64,000 bases of DNA from Alloprevotella sp. (GTDB lineage Bacteria; Bacillota; Clostridia; Christensenellales; Aristaeellaceae). The first letter of the stretch is position 1. Each line of letters begins with the position of its first letter. The stretch lies in contig CAVEOA010000002.1 of the NCBI GenBank assembly GCA_963617205.1, forward strand, positions 22,289 through 86,288, read 5' to 3'. The translations under genes and the position numbers were made by a program. The notes beneath the pieces are model-generated. The model saw nothing but the letters and a program-made list of their open reading frames with translations, searched no databases and was not told where the DNA came from. Shown piece after piece: positions 8,077-16,911 of the stretch.

Positions 8077-9467
8077 TTCGTCACTCCTGAAGCCGAGAAG
8101 ATGATTTCACCGTCCAGCAGCAGCTCAACGCACCAGTCAGCCCCTGCCGGAATGCCTTGCAGCTGATCGAACAGGTCGGCCAGATAAATGGTCATCATCG
8201 TATCCGCGTTCGTGCCCGGCAGGAACCTGACCTGATCCATCGGCCATTGACCGGCAATCCGCGCCGTACCGCAGCCTTCCACGTGAAGATAGATTGCAGC
8301 CTCCTTGCCGTCAAATGCCTCGCGATTGATTTTTCCAACTGCCTTGACAATTTCCAGATAGTATCCGTACTCTGCCAGATTTTCCTCGGAAATATCAACC
8401 GCAAAATCGTTGACTCTCTGCGCCGAGCCGGCGTTGAACAGCGTCACCGCGGGAGAGCTGCCCTTGCTGCTGCCGCGGTCAATTTCGCTGACTGCCCTGC
8501 TGTAGCTCGTCTTCCTGACGCGGAACATGCGCACATTGACCGCTTCCTCTGCGCCGATGTACGTTTCGTTCGTGTCTGCCCTGTCCACGGAGATGGCGTT
8601 GCACTCGCTCTGCGCCAGCTGCCTTGCATCGTACACGCGAATGTAATACGTGCTTCCCTGCCACAAGCCGCTGACGGAAAACGACACGTCCGCATCCGTT
8701 GTCTGAACGCTGTAGAGCGCGCAGCCATTTTCGTCAGGCGTCCATGCAACTGTTTCGCCCTTTGTAACTTCCACCGCATCTCCGCTTACATCCGGCGCTT
8801 CCGCGAAGGTGCTGACCGTGATGCGGTAATCATTGATGTGCTGCTGATTCTCCCACGCAATTTCGATGGATGACCCATCGCCGCTCTGTTTTTTCGCCGT
8901 AAAGCTCAGGACAACCGACTGCAGGGCAGCGGCAGCCTTGTCCAGTTCCTTCTGTTCCTTCTGAAGCTTCCACAGCACATCCAGCTGCTCCGACGCCATG
9001 CCGGACAGGATGGTGTACTCCCGTGCTTCCTTCAAGTCGTTTTCGGCGTTCGTCAGGTCGCCTGATGCAAGCGCCTCGCTGCCCTGCACGTACTTGATGT
9101 AGTAGACAATGTCGGGGAATTTGCTTGACGAGCAGCGCTGAAAATGCTCCGCCGCATCCGCGTACTCCTCATCCCAGAAGCACAGCCACCCCTGCGCATA
9201 ATGATAGTATTCCGCCGCATCCTTGTAGCTGCCGTACACATTTTCCGCGTAGTTCGCAACCACGTTTGAGAAGGATTTGCGCGCCTGCACCATGTTGCCT
9301 GCGGCTTCATAGGTCTTTCCGCGATTGTACTCGGCGTACATGGCCTCAAGCTTTGATGCCAGCGAATAATCATCGACGCCCGCTGCCGTTTCAGCCATGC
9401 CTGTCGAACATGCACACAGCACCAATACAATCAGCAAGAACCACGCAATCGCATTTTTCCGTTTCAT
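8073..9467 (-). CDS. Putative lipoprotein with TPR-like helical N-half and FN3/Ig-like beta-rich C-half
   Basis: Signal with a probable lipobox, LIVLVLCACSTG. The helical region has Y/A-rich TPR-like repeats (AAEYYHYAQGW, AAEHFQRC). An FN3-like stretch follows (SIEIAWEN...YRITVS...STYYIRVYD). Confidence 0.65.
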   Translation of the reverse strand: MKRKNAIAWFLLIVLVLCACSTGMAETAAGVDDYSLASKLEAMYAEYNRGKTYEAAGNMVQARKSFSNVVANYAENVYGSYKDAAEYYHYAQGWLCFWDEEYADAAEHFQRCSSSKFPDIVYYIKYVQGSEALASGDLTNAENDLKEAREYTILSGMASEQLDVLWKLQKEQKELDKAAAALQSVVLSFTAKKQSGDGSSIEIAWENQQHINDYRITVSTFAEAPDVSGDAVEVTKGETVAWTPDENGCALYSVQTTDADVSFSVSGLWQGSTYYIRVYDARQLAQSECNAISVDRADTNETYIGAEEAVNVRMFRVRKTSYSRAVSEIDRGSSKGSSPAVTLFNAGSAQRVNDFAVDISEENLAEYGYYLEIVKAVGKINREAFDGKEAAIYLHVEGCGTARIAGQWPMDQVRFLPGTNADTMMTIYLADLFDQLQGIPAGADWCVELLLDGEIIFSASGVTK

Positions 9468-9508
9468 TGCCCATAGCCTCCGTCATGAATTGATGGTGTG
9501 TGCCTGCC

Positions 9509-9841
9509 TTAATCCAGCTCGTTGCTCTCTTCCGGCTTGCTTTCCGTCGGCTTTTCCGTCAGCATCTTCTGCTGTGCAGCGAGCACAAACTGGCTGGTCA
9601 CCGAGAATGTCCTGCCTTCCGGTCCCGTGTAACCCTTGAATAGGACCTCGCTGATGTTCTCCGTGTCAAACGGGCGAACCGTTTCGTCATCCTTTTCGCC
9701 CAGCGGATAGAACACGCCGACGTAATCAAAGCAATGCTCCTGAATTTTCAGGCCGTAGCCAACCACAGCGAAGCAATACTTCTTGTTCTCCTCAAGGCGC
9801 ACAATGCTCCCGATGGGAAGCATGTTTTCAGCTGTCAGCAC
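9509..9841 (-). CDS. DUF4176-family protein (T7SSb-associated accessory protein), copy 2
   Basis: Family-typical N-terminus LPIGSIVRLEENKK...DYVGVFYPLGE...ISEVLFKGY. It has a long tail ending ESNELD. Confidence 0.75.
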   Translation of the reverse strand: MLTAENMLPIGSIVRLEENKKYCFAVVGYGLKIQEHCFDYVGVFYPLGEKDDETVRPFDTENISEVLFKGYTGPEGRTFSVTSQFVLAAQQKMLTEKPTESKPEESNELD

Positions 9842-9859
9842 GAATTTTGACCTCCCCTA

Positions 9860-10648
9860 TCAATAACCAAAGATGGTGGTTTTAACGCCATTTGCAACAT
9901 AGTTAAAGCCTTTTCCGACCCATCCGCCGACTGTCCCGCCAGCCTGAGTTACCCAGGTGGTTGCGCTGTCCGGGATGATGTCGATTCCAAAGCCGTTCAA
10001 AACCGCATCAACCGTACCGATTACAGATCCTGCAGCGCTTGAACCGATACCAGTGCCAAGCGTTTCTGAGAGCGTCGTCTTGCCGCTGCGGTAATCTCCG
10101 ACAGCTTCGTTACGAACGCTCGCTATCGCATCGTCGGCATGCGTGTAAGAATGCGCCATATTTCCCGCGTTGCTGAGCATTGGAATTCCTGTAACGTCAG
10201 CTGCAATCACGCCTCCGGCACCAAACGCCGCCTCAAGCACGTCATTCGTGGTACCATTTGCAATGGCGTCAATCAGTTCGGACGCATAGCCGCCTGTGAC
10301 CACATCCAGAAGCGCCGTGACCGCCCCTGCTACGCCGCCATCCTGAAACGCTTCAATCACCTTCACGGCGGAGTCGTAAATTTCCTTTACCTTCAGCAGC
10401 TTATCCAGATACTTCGACAGCTTTTCAAACTTCTCAAAAATCGCCTTGACCGTGGCGCTGATTTTGCCCAGAACGGTTCCGCTCGTACTGCTTGCAAGGT
10501 CGCCGCCTGCTTCCGGATGCAGCTTCAGATAGCTCTCCGAGTTCTGTGCGCTTGTGAGTGCGTCCTTCGTGGTGTTCTTTGCACTTGTCGTCTGGTCAAT
10601 CAACGTCTGCAATGCTTGCGCATTATAGTCGGTTGTTACCGCCGTCAT
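9860..10648 (-). CDS. Putative T7SS substrate/effector: helical N-domain plus Gly/Ala/Ser-rich glycine-zipper C-domain
   Basis: 262 aa with no signal peptide. The helical N-terminal part is about 110 aa. The C-terminal part has GTGIGSSAAGSVIG and GGTVGGWVGKG (GxxxGxxxG). It lies directly after three small helical genes, as in LXG-type effector modules. Confidence 0.55.
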   Translation of the reverse strand: MTAVTTDYNAQALQTLIDQTTSAKNTTKDALTSAQNSESYLKLHPEAGGDLASSTSGTVLGKISATVKAIFEKFEKLSKYLDKLLKVKEIYDSAVKVIEAFQDGGVAGAVTALLDVVTGGYASELIDAIANGTTNDVLEAAFGAGGVIAADVTGIPMLSNAGNMAHSYTHADDAIASVRNEAVGDYRSGKTTLSETLGTGIGSSAAGSVIGTVDAVLNGFGIDIIPDSATTWVTQAGGTVGGWVGKGFNYVANGVKTTIFGY

Positions 10649-10671
10649 GTTCCCGCTCCTCCTGTTCTCTC

Positions 10672-10941
10672 TTAATCAAGCGTGTTCAAACGCCTTTCCG
10701 AAATCTGCTTCTCATTGTCGATGTTTTTCAGCAGCGTCTGCAGCTTCTGCAATGCCTTTTCAACCGCGTCGCTCTTCTCCGTGCACGCCTTATAGAGGTT
10801 TTGCGTATTGGCGCTCGCAATGCCCTGCTTCAAAAAGGCAAGCGCCTGCGAAAGATTGCCAATCTGCGTCTGCATGCTCGTCACAATCGACTGGCTGTTG
10901 TTTACCGCCGTCTCAAAGGCCGACAAATCAACATATGCCAT
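10672..10941 (-). CDS. Small alpha-helical T7SS-associated protein (Lap/WXG100-superfamily-like), 89 aa
   Basis: Helix-turn-helix-sized, no Trp, ends RRLNTLD. An SD-bearing 23-nt gap precedes the downstream gene. Confidence 0.55.
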   Translation of the reverse strand: MAYVDLSAFETAVNNSQSIVTSMQTQIGNLSQALAFLKQGIASANTQNLYKACTEKSDAVEKALQKLQTLLKNIDNEKQISERRLNTLD

Positions 10942-10965
10942 GGTTTTTCTCCTCCTTTTTCTCTC

Positions 10966-11268
10966 TTAAGACCCTTTAAGCACCTTCATTGCGTCCGTTT
11001 CCTTTTTGCTGAGTTCTCCGGAAAGCGTTCCGACCGCCGTTGCATACGCCTTCACCGCATCCGCAAGGCTCTGAATCTGCTCGCTGAGCTGCATGTTGTT
11101 GCTGGCGATGAAGTCCGACTTGTACTTGCTGTCCCAGGTGCTCAGCATCGCGTCAAGCTCCGTCTTAAGCTTCGCGCCGTTCTTCTTCAAGGCGTCCGAA
11201 ACGTCGTTCAGCGTGGTCAGCGCCTTGCTTACCTGCTGGCTGTCATACGAGTAGTTGGTATTTGCCAT
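10966..11268 (-). CDS. WXG100-like protein (EsxA-like, W-x-S variant), 100 aa
   Basis: The central motif LSTWDSKYKSDF aligns with the W-x-G...F pattern of EsxA-type proteins, with G replaced by S. ATG 11268 with gagaggggg upstream is preferred over the ORF-track GTG at 11274. Confidence 0.6.
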   Translation of the reverse strand: MANTNYSYDSQQVSKALTTLNDVSDALKKNGAKLKTELDAMLSTWDSKYKSDFIASNNMQLSEQIQSLADAVKAYATAVGTLSGELSKKETDAMKVLKGS

Positions 11269-11288
11269 ATGCACACGCCCCCTCTCTT

Positions 11289-11531
11289 TTATCCAAGCGC
11301 CTTAATCTTCTTCGTGATGGTTCCGCTTGCCGACTTCGCGCTGTTCTCCGCCTCATTCGCGTCCTTGATGCTGTCATCCAGAATTTTCTGAAGCTCATTA
11401 ACCGCCATGACGCCAATGGTCGACGTGTTCACGCTGGACAGCGCCTTGGAAGCCTCCTGCATCTTCAGTTCCATGTCTTCCAGATAGCGCTTTGCCGATG
11501 CCATGTCCGCGCTGTTATACTTGTCGCTCAT
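11289..11531 (-). CDS. Small alpha-helical T7SS-associated protein (Lap-like), 80 aa
   Basis: All-helical composition with no Trp or Cys. An N-terminal YNSAD (YxxxD pattern) is present. It is tightly packed, 12-14 nt from its neighbours. Confidence 0.5.
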   Translation of the reverse strand: MSDKYNSADMASAKRYLEDMELKMQEASKALSSVNTSTIGVMAVNELQKILDDSIKDANEAENSAKSASGTITKKIKALG

Positions 11532-11543
11532 CCTGCTTCCTCC

Positions 11544-11861
11544 TTAGTCAAGCTCGTTCGATTCGTGCATCTTCGGGGCAAATTCGCCCGCTGCGGCTCT
11601 GCGCTCCGCATCAGCCATCGCCTTCGTCATCCCCTGCTGAAACTCGGGGTACTTCTCGTACTGGTAGCCGTTGAACACCACCTGTTCGATGGCTTCCTCG
11701 TCAAAGAGGACGATGGGCATATCACCCAATCCCAGCGGATACGGAACAGAAGCGTACTTCCGGATGTTTCCGGCTGCTCCCACACGCAGATACCCCGTAA
11801 CCATGCGCTTCTCGCGATGATCCTTGATTGTCACAACGCTCCCGATTGGCAGAAACTCCAT
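11544..11861 (-). CDS. DUF4176-family protein, copy 1
   Basis: MEFLPIGSVVTIKDHREKRMV...VPYPLGL...IEQVVFNGYQ. The tail ends HESNELD. Confidence 0.75.
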   Translation of the reverse strand: MEFLPIGSVVTIKDHREKRMVTGYLRVGAAGNIRKYASVPYPLGLGDMPIVLFDEEAIEQVVFNGYQYEKYPEFQQGMTKAMADAERRAAAGEFAPKMHESNELD

Positions 11862-11880
11862 ACAGACCTCCTTATATTTT

Positions 11881-12123
11881 TCAGCACAGCATGAGTACTG
11901 AGCCGTTTTTCACATTCAGGCTGCGCACCGACTCGTTCAGGTCGAGCACCGCATGTCTCTGATTGTCGCAAAGCACGCAGGTCACCAAATCAATGTACGG
12001 CTGCGCATTCATCTGCTTAACGATGTCGGCAAGCATATCCCGGAAGGGCACATCCGCCGGCAGCGTAAACGTTTCGCATTGACCCGTGCCCGGCACCACA
12101 ATATGGGCAAGAATATGTTCCAT
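11881..12123 (-). CDS. esaB: EsaB/YukD-like ubiquitin-fold T7SS protein
   Basis: 80 aa, immediately downstream of essC (6-nt gap). A beta-grasp-like sequence is present (ILAHIVVPGTGQCETFTLPADVPFRDMLADI...NGSVLML). Confidence 0.7.
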   Translation of the reverse strand: MEHILAHIVVPGTGQCETFTLPADVPFRDMLADIVKQMNAQPYIDLVTCVLCDNQRHAVLDLNESVRSLNVKNGSVLMLC

Positions 12124-12129
12124 TCAGCT

Positions 12130-15100
12130 TCACTCCTTCGGCAGATAAACCTTGATGGGGAAACGGTTTTCCGGAATGACGAAGCCTTCGCCGGGCTTCA
12201 TGTATTCATTCGTCCGGTCATACGTCAGCGAGCAGTTCCACGGGTCAAAGCTGGACAGCGTATTGCCCGTTGTGATGATGTGGCAGTTCTGCGCAAACGC
12301 CCTGACCGAATCCGGCAGTGAATTTGCATTGATCTGCGTGGAAATCAGAACGCGGATGCTGTACTTGCTTCCGAGGCGCACTGCGGTCAGAAGCTGCTTC
12401 GACAGCTGCTGGTCCACCTTTTCCCCGTCAAACCACCGGTCCACGTCATCCAGCACAATGCACAGCGGCTTCATGGTGCCTGCAATCGCGCGCCAGTTGT
12501 TTTCGTCCTCCCAGCCTGAAACGGCGCGCTGCGCACGCTTTTGCTCGCCGAAGCGGTCGTCCATATCGGACGTAAAGCCGCGCTGCCGGTCAACCGGCGT
12601 ATTGCTTGACAGGAAGGCTACATGACCGTTGACGCCCTTCCACCTTGCCTGGTCGGCTTCGCTGGCAATCACGAAAATATCTCCGTCATCCCCTGCGCAA
12701 AGCTTCGCCAGCGACATCAGCAGCGACGTCTTGCCGGTTTCGCGTTTGCCTGCAACAAGCACCGTCGGCTTTTCGTAGAAGTCCAGGAAAACAGGCTTCA
12801 GCGATTCATGCCGGAATGCGACCGGCACCTCTGCCTTTTTCTCCTTCACGCCATACGCGGCAAGCACCTGCGCACCAAATTCTGCCGGAACACGCGGCAT
12901 TTTGAGCACCGGCGCACTGCACGGCGGAAGGGCTTCACCGTATTCATGCAGCTTTTCCGCACGCTTCCGATCCTCTGCCAAGCCAAACGCAAGCCCCGTC
13001 TGAAATTCGAGACAGCCCTGCTTGCTGTTCATCACGCCGCGACCGGGCAGATCTGCCGGAATCGCCTGTATGCTGCTCGTGCGGACATTCAGCGCATCCG
13101 CATATTCCGACGCACTGCCCATGCCGAGCGGAATGACCTGCATCGCCTCCAGCAGCCGCCGGTTGATTTCGCCCATAGCATTCGCCGTCACGATGAAATA
13201 GATGCCGCGTCCCGAGGCCGTTTTAATCAGGTTTTCCACCTTTTCCTGCTCGTTGTCGTTCAGCAGCTCATACCATTGCGCAAAGCGATCCACCGCCACA
13301 ATCAGCGCAGGCATAACAGGCTCGCCGTCCTCCTCGCATGCGCGGTTGTAGCTTGCAAAGCTGTCCGTCTTTTTCTCCGCGAATGTCGCGTCGCGTGCGG
13401 TCATCAGCTCCTCCAGCCGATAATATGCGGCACGCTCCTCACGGCTTTCCCACTTGGTCAGCACATCGCAGACGTTGGGAATTGTCTCAATGGACTTCAG
13501 CGCCGTGCCCGAGAAGCTGAGCACCATCATTTGCACCTGCGCCGGCGAATAGCGTCGGCTGACTGCATAGGCGAGCGTCTGCAGGAACATCGTCTTGCCG
13601 CTCTGGCTGTGCCCGATAATCGCCATGTTCCGCAGCGCAGACACATTCAGCGATGCCGTCAGATACCGCTGATTCGCCACATCATCCAGCATACCGATGA
13701 CGGCGCTGATGCCGTCCTCCGTGTTTTCCTCCGCCGATGGCAGCGCAGTCAGGTCAATCACATTCGGCAACTCCGGCAGCCACAGCTTTCCAGCTCCCTG
13801 ATAGCCATACGTTTCTGCCGTCCTGTTGATTTCATCCAACACGGCGCTCATCTGGCTCTTTGCTTTTTTCGTTGGTGCATTTGCCGCAGCAACCATCTTT
13901 TTCCTGCGCCCGAGCGAATCCATCAATGCAGGCTTTGCGGCGGGATCCCCCTGCTCCGGCTCATAGGCGGCGCCGCAATACGCCGTCTGAATCTGTTCAA
14001 ACAGCTCATCATTGCCCACCTGTACGAAGCCGCGTCCGTTTCCCTTGATGAACGCCGCATCCGGTCGGTGCAGCATATCGTTCGAGTCCTCGCGTGTCCG
14101 CACCTGCAGGCAGATATGGAAGCGGCTGTTGCTCCAGATTTCAGGACCCACCTTGTTTGACGGGCGCTGCGTTGCCAGCAGAAGATGCAAGCCGACCGAG
14201 CGTCCCACGCGTGCCGTGCTGATCAGCTCGCTCATGAAATCCGGCAGCTCGTCCATCAGCTCCGAGAACTCGTCAATCACAATCAGGATATGGGACAGCT
14301 TCCTGCTGTCCGCAAGCGGATTCACATAGCGAATGTACGCATCGATATTATCGACATCGTACCTTTTGAATAATCTCTCGCGCCGTTTCACCTCGCCGCG
14401 AAGCGAATACAGCGCCCGGTTGATGCTCCGCTTTCCCTGCAGGTTGTCTACAAAGCCGATGCAGTGCGGCATGTTTCTGAAGTTGTTGAAGGTGCCGCCG
14501 CCCTTGTAGTCAATCAGAATAAACTGCATCTGCTCCGGCGAATAGTTCAGCGCGAGCGAAAGCAGCAGCGTCTGCAGCAGCACGCTCTTGCCCGAGCCGG
14601 TTGTACCCGCCATGATGCCGTGCGGTCCATGCTGCTTGTCCGACAGGTCAAGCGGGAAAATGCGCTCGCCAGCCATCTTTCCCAGATAGGCGATGATGTC
14701 CCTGCTCGTGCTGTTCTGCTCCCACCGAAGGCGGATTCCCAGCTGCTCTGTCTCGCGAACGCCATACATCTCCAGGAATGTCACGCGATCCGGAATTTTC
14801 CGATTGCCGATTAAACCCGTTTCGCGGCAGCCGTTGAGCGTATCGATGGTTTGCCAGAATTGACTCTCCTCGCAGGATTCCGGCGTCACGCTCTGCGTTG
14901 TTTTCTCTGCGTAATTGTAGAGCTTTTTCTCCCGCGCATTGTATACAACCTTGCATTCCTTGGGAAGCTCCTCTTCCTTTTCCGCGCAAACGCAAATCGA
15001 AAAGCCGGCGTTCGAGGCAATGATGTTGGAAAACAGCACATGCCGCCACAGATAGGTGCTGTCCTCGAAAATGACGATGTAGTGCGGCAGCATGGCGCTC

Positions 15101-16647
15101 TTTTCGTTGTCCTTTTCCAGCCGGAGCATCAGCACATCGTTGAGCTGCGACAGGATTTCCATCGCATCCGCGTAATTGTCCGAAATCAGCTGACCCTCGC
15201 TGCCGTCATACAGCTGCATGTGCGGCAGCGCACGCAGGAAACGCCACTTCTCGCCGTTGCCCGGCTTTGCGATGAGGGCAATCCGCACATCCTCGGGCGC
15301 ATGCATGACGGACAGCTGTAAAATCAGCGTTTCAATCAGCGAAGATGCTTCCTCTGAGACGATGCCGAACAGCTTGTCATTGAGCAAATCAACCGTAATC
15401 GGCGCATCGTGCAGCATACTGAATTTTTCCTGCAGGCGGTACGGCGCATTCTTTTCGTCCTCAGGCACCTCGCCCATCTTCAATTTCGGCACGGAAATGC
15501 TGTACGGCAGCCTGACCTGTCCTCTCCCTATGCGTATTTTGAGAAACGTCTCGCTGTTCGGCGTTCTTTCCCATACGGCGGAGCTCAACTGCGCCGCATC
15601 GCTGCAGCATTGCTGCCATGCCGGATAATATTTTTCCAGCGTGTCCAGAATCTCCTCAACGCCCTTGTTGATTTCCTTTTCTGTTCGCCCAAGGCGCTTG
15701 ATATAATCCGCCATCGCTTCCTTGAACTGCTTTTTTCTCATGTGCCTGCTGTAGCAATAGTTCATCAGCGACCAGCCGACCGCCAGCACAGAGGAGGACA
15801 CCATCATCACCGTGCCATAGCCGCGATAGCTCGACCCGCTCAGCATGCTGCCCAGCAGCATCGGCAAGCTCATCGTCAGCGCCGGACCCATGCTCAGAAG
15901 AAGTGGCTGCGTCCTGTTTTCCTCAAGCACCGGCGTCGCTTCAATCTCGTACTTTTTCTCTTCTATTTTCGGCATGAAGCGCGGCGGTCGGGCGATATCC
16001 CGATACAGGGGAGCCGCCTTCGCCCGGAACGTCACGATATGCGGTATGCTCGCTGCCTGCAACGCAACGTGTCCGCCGCCGATGCCGCTGACGCCAATCA
16101 CGTTGCCGCCAAGATACACAATCTGCAATCCGCTTGCGAAGGCAATCAAATCGCCCGTGCGGATTTCCTTTTCTTCATTGCGGATGAACCATCCATTGAT
16201 AAACGAACCGTTCTTGGATGTATCGGCATAGCTTGCATGGTCTCCTGACACCTTCAGGACGCCATGATGATTAGAGAGGCGCTTGTCCGGCGAGCAAACG
16301 CCGCAGTCCTCATGACGTCCGATTTGCAGCGTCTCTCCGGTCAGGACATACTTGCCGAACCGGACGTCCTCCTGCAAAATTTCGGAGCAGTAAATGCCGA
16401 TTATCGCGTCCTCATGCTTCAGAATCAGGCTCATCTCATGATGCAGACACCGTTCCCGTGTATCCTCGCCGTCATTCCATGTCATTTCCTCAGGCTTGAC
16501 CGCGTACCACTGATGATCCATGGCAACAAACGTCACCTGATATTTCTCATAGGACGGCGCTGCCGCAGTGATGGCGTCCTTCTCGACGTCCGGCAGACAG
16601 AATATTTTTCCTCGTCCCCTGCTGTACATAACGATTCGTAGCATCAT
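12130..16647 (-). CDS. essC: EssC/YukB-type FtsK-SpoIIIE T7SS ATPase with N-terminal FHA domains
   Basis: 1505 aa. FHA-like region LQIGRHEDCGV...NHHGVLKV...DTSKNGSFINGW. Two TM segments are present. There are three P-loops: GTTGSGKSVLLQT, GHSQSGKTMFLQT and GKRETGKTSLLMS. Confidence 0.9.
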   Translation of the reverse strand: MMLRIVMYSRGRGKIFCLPDVEKDAITAAAPSYEKYQVTFVAMDHQWYAVKPEEMTWNDGEDTRERCLHHEMSLILKHEDAIIGIYCSEILQEDVRFGKYVLTGETLQIGRHEDCGVCSPDKRLSNHHGVLKVSGDHASYADTSKNGSFINGWFIRNEEKEIRTGDLIAFASGLQIVYLGGNVIGVSGIGGGHVALQAASIPHIVTFRAKAAPLYRDIARPPRFMPKIEEKKYEIEATPVLEENRTQPLLLSMGPALTMSLPMLLGSMLSGSSYRGYGTVMMVSSSVLAVGWSLMNYCYSRHMRKKQFKEAMADYIKRLGRTEKEINKGVEEILDTLEKYYPAWQQCCSDAAQLSSAVWERTPNSETFLKIRIGRGQVRLPYSISVPKLKMGEVPEDEKNAPYRLQEKFSMLHDAPITVDLLNDKLFGIVSEEASSLIETLILQLSVMHAPEDVRIALIAKPGNGEKWRFLRALPHMQLYDGSEGQLISDNYADAMEILSQLNDVLMLRLEKDNEKSAMLPHYIVIFEDSTYLWRHVLFSNIIASNAGFSICVCAEKEEELPKECKVVYNAREKKLYNYAEKTTQSVTPESCEESQFWQTIDTLNGCRETGLIGNRKIPDRVTFLEMYGVRETEQLGIRLRWEQNSTSRDIIAYLGKMAGERIFPLDLSDKQHGPHGIMAGTTGSGKSVLLQTLLLSLALNYSPEQMQFILIDYKGGGTFNNFRNMPHCIGFVDNLQGKRSINRALYSLRGEVKRRERLFKRYDVDNIDAYIRYVNPLADSRKLSHILIVIDEFSELMDELPDFMSELISTARVGRSVGLHLLLATQRPSNKVGPEIWSNSRFHICLQVRTREDSNDMLHRPDAAFIKGNGRGFVQVGNDELFEQIQTAYCGAAYEPEQGDPAAKPALMDSLGRRKKMVAAANAPTKKAKSQMSAVLDEINRTAETYGYQGAGKLWLPELPNVIDLTALPSAEENTEDGISAVIGMLDDVANQRYLTASLNVSALRNMAIIGHSQSGKTMFLQTLAYAVSRRYSPAQVQMMVLSFSGTALKSIETIPNVCDVLTKWESREERAAYYRLEELMTARDATFAEKKTDSFASYNRACEEDGEPVMPALIVAVDRFAQWYELLNDNEQEKVENLIKTASGRGIYFIVTANAMGEINRRLLEAMQVIPLGMGSASEYADALNVRTSSIQAIPADLPGRGVMNSKQGCLEFQTGLAFGLAEDRKRAEKLHEYGEALPPCSAPVLKMPRVPAEFGAQVLAAYGVKEKKAEVPVAFRHESLKPVFLDFYEKPTVLVAGKRETGKTSLLMSLAKLCAGDDGDIFVIASEADQARWKGVNGHVAFLSSNTPVDRQRGFTSDMDDRFGEQKRAQRAVSGWEDENNWRAIAGTMKPLCIVLDDVDRWFDGEKVDQQLSKQLLTAVRLGSKYSIRVLISTQINANSLPDSVRAFAQNCHIITTGNTLSSFDPWNCSLTYDRTNEYMKPGEGFVIPENRFPIKVYLPKE

Positions 16648-16736
16648 CTTTCATTCCTCTGTCAGTATCGTTCAGGTAAATGTGCAAATTCATGGTTGCT
16701 ATAACAAATGATGGGTGTAATGAATTGTGTTTTTTA

Positions 16737-16795
16737 TGCCGGATGCGATTGCAGAAATTGAAAATTTGCCGGATGTAAGAGATTTCTGCAATCGC
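16737..16795. promoter_or_regulatory. Perfect 14-bp inverted repeat interleaved with a 9-bp direct repeat in the essC upstream region
   Basis: GCGATTGCAGAAAT (16745-16758) and ATTTCTGCAATCGC (16782-16795) are separated by 23 nt. TGCCGGATG occurs at 16737 and 16767, 30 bp apart. The element lies 98-150 nt upstream of the essC start codon. Confidence 0.5.
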
Positions 16796-16911
16796 CAGAC
16801 CGGCACAAAAAAGCTTTTTGCCGCCGCAGATGGCGCAAGAGGCACATTCAGCGGCAATGCCGAATTATACGGTGTTGCCCTGTATAGAATCCCGATGATT
16901 CTGAAATCCCA

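Noticed and set aside
12622-14160. 512-aa plus-strand ORF (and other 100-280-aa ORFs) inside essC
   Set aside because: It is antisense to the 1505-aa EssC reading frame, which carries three P-loops. The composition is R/H/L-rich.
16802-16822. GGCACAAAAAAGCTTTTTGCC palindrome considered as the terminator of the STAND gene
   Set aside because: The stem is almost entirely A-T with a bulge, and no clean U-tract follows on the minus strand. It is too weak to call.
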